From assembly GCA_041177585.1 (NCBI GenBank), contig JBEDAZ010000544.1, forward strand, positions 1 through 25,239: a stretch of DNA of 25,239 nt, in the 5' to 3' direction. This stretch comes from Planctomycetota bacterium (GTDB lineage: Bacteria; Planctomycetota; Planctomycetia; Planctomycetales; Planctomycetaceae). This document shows, piece after piece, positions 24,113 to 25,239 of the stretch (position 1 is the first letter of the stretch; every line of letters begins with the position of its first letter). The translations under genes were made by a program, and so were the position numbers. The notes under the pieces are model-generated. The model was not told the DNA's origin. It did not search any database and worked only from the letters and a program-made list of their open reading frames with translations.

Positions 24113-25239
24113 GAGGGGAGTCCCTGAGCAAGTTTCCACCAGCGTTTGACGAGTGAGAAGCGAAATGTGTAGCGTTTTTGGAGATCTGCCGTGAGGTAAT
24201 GATCTCTGGCGAGTAATTGCAGGAGGTCGACTGCGGCGGATCGATCAGCGAGCGGGAATTGGGAGGCGAGAAAACAGTGAACCTGTTCGACTGTCTGTGG
24301 GGTGTCATTGAGGGCGAGGAAGTCGAGGATTGCGCGGGCGATGAGATGGCTGGGGATTGGTTTTCCGGATGCATCGGGAATGGGATGGCGATAGTAAATT
24401 GGGAGTCTTTCGCGGAAGTGTTCCATTTCGAGGGGGCTGTTATCGTCAGTGAGGTGCTCCAGGAAGACGCGGTCTATATCGGGGAGTTGGATGGGGTATT
24501 GAAGGAGGGCCAGGGTGCTGACGATGCGTTCCATGTAGAAGGGGATGCAATCAGAGAGGAAAGCAATGCGTTGGGCGATTGGTTCGGGATCATCAGCGCA
24601 GGAGATTTGTTCTGTGGCGATGAGTTGAAGAGCAAGTTGGATTGCGTCGTGTTTCTTGAGGGGCCCGATTTCAACATACGGCATATCGTTGACCGGCTCG
24701 GACGCGAGAGTGGTTTTTCGGAGGTCTCGCAAGACGTGGTGGAGTCCGACAGAGCCGGCGAAGATCATGCGGAGATTTGTGCACCTTTGCCGGAGTGCTC
24801 GGAGCGTATCCAGGAGTGTGAGTGCCTGTTGCGGATGGCTCTTGGATTGACTGACGTGATCAATTTTCTGGAGCATGTAGGGGAGTTCGTCGAACAGGAG
24901 CAACACGATGCGATTGGGGCGGTTCTTACAGAGTTCCTCAATTGCTTTTTCGAGCATTTGTTGCCAGCGAAGTGGTGTGGCGGAGATTGGCAGCTTGATA
25001 ACGCCACCAATTTCAGTGCCGCCGAGGTTGCGTAGCAGGCTGTTGAACCAGTTAAGGGTTGACTGGGCAGTGGAGAGCAGGGACTTAGCGCGATTGAGGA
25101 TGAGTTCGACGAGGGCGTCGCAGGAGTCGATGCCTTCGACTTCGAGAAAGAGTACATCGAAGGGTTCGACGGGTTCGGCATGGAGTTTTGCGAGGACGGT
25201 GGTCTTGCCGATGCGGCGTTCGGCGGTGAAGCGCAGGGA
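24109..25239 (-). CDS. P-loop ATPase (STAND-like/archaeal-ATPase type) with C-terminal winged helix; 5'-truncated by the window edge
   Basis: Manual translation shows the frame is open from 25239 (SLRFTAERRIGKTTVL = Walker A) through ATG 24957, then LLLFDELPYML (Walker B), IFAGSVGL, CIPFYME, and YTFRFSLVKRWW. The ORF track shows only the last 282 aa. Confidence 0.88.
   Translation of the reverse strand, partial: SLRFTAERRIGKTTVLAKLHAEPVEPFDVLFLEVEGIDSCDALVELILNRAKSLLSTAQSTLNWFNSLLRNLGGTEIGGVIKLPISATPLRWQQMLEKAIEELCKNRPNRIVLLLFDELPYMLQKIDHVSQSKSHPQQALTLLDTLRALRQRCTNLRMIFAGSVGLHHVLRDLRKTTLASEPVNDMPYVEIGPLKKHDAIQLALQLIATEQISCADDPEPIAQRIAFLSDCIPFYMERIVSTLALLQYPIQLPDIDRVFLEHLTDDNSPLEMEHFRERLPIYYRHPIPDASGKPIPSHLIARAILDFLALNDTPQTVEQVHCFLASQFPLADRSAAVDLLQLLARDHYLTADLQKRYTFRFSLVKRWWKLAQGLPS

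Noticed and set aside
24217-25035. 272-aa + strand ORF and other acidic antisense ORFs across the window
   Set aside because: Antisense shadows favoured by the G-rich + strand; they overlap well-supported minus-strand genes.
22529-25239. ATPase pair as a recently acquired mobile island
   Set aside because: It carries the same strong strand skew as its neighbours (30G/7C at 24301-24360), and no integrase, transposase or att site is visible in the window.
1-25239. tRNA, rRNA, CRISPR array, IS element
   Set aside because: I saw no cloverleaf, rRNA signature, regularly spaced repeats or transposase motifs by eye; Infernal and tRNAscan were not run.

Overview
This is a gene-dense bacterial chromosomal window, most likely from Planctomycetota (inferred from DUF1501 and the Planctomycete-type hypothetical proteins). 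The + strand is strongly G-rich throughout. I support 19 CDSs and see no rRNA, tRNA, CRISPR array or transposase. Left part: a PlsC-type acyltransferase, a NarL/LuxR regulator with a degenerate receiver, a membrane-anchored helical protein, a GT4 glycosyltransferase and queA. Next is a minus-strand run: secreted beta-propeller, MarC, a secreted QW-motif protein, a GT-C-like membrane protein, and a DUF1501 gene flanked by a ~24-bp imperfect direct repeat. The best candidate for an undescribed system is 13067-20458 (+). A small Cys/His-rich DUF2946-like ORF ending in an RGPP ribosome-arrest-type motif precedes a tightly coupled operon: DUF58, a transglutaminase-like protein lacking its catalytic Cys, a MoxR AAA+ ATPase, a His-rich lipoprotein and an extended DUF318-type permease. 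This suggests a metal-responsive MoxR chaperone/transport module under translational control (inference). Right end (- strand): two tandem STAND-like ATPases, the first cut by the window edge, joined by ATGA overlaps to a large secreted protein. Product calls come from motifs I read by eye; no database searches were run.
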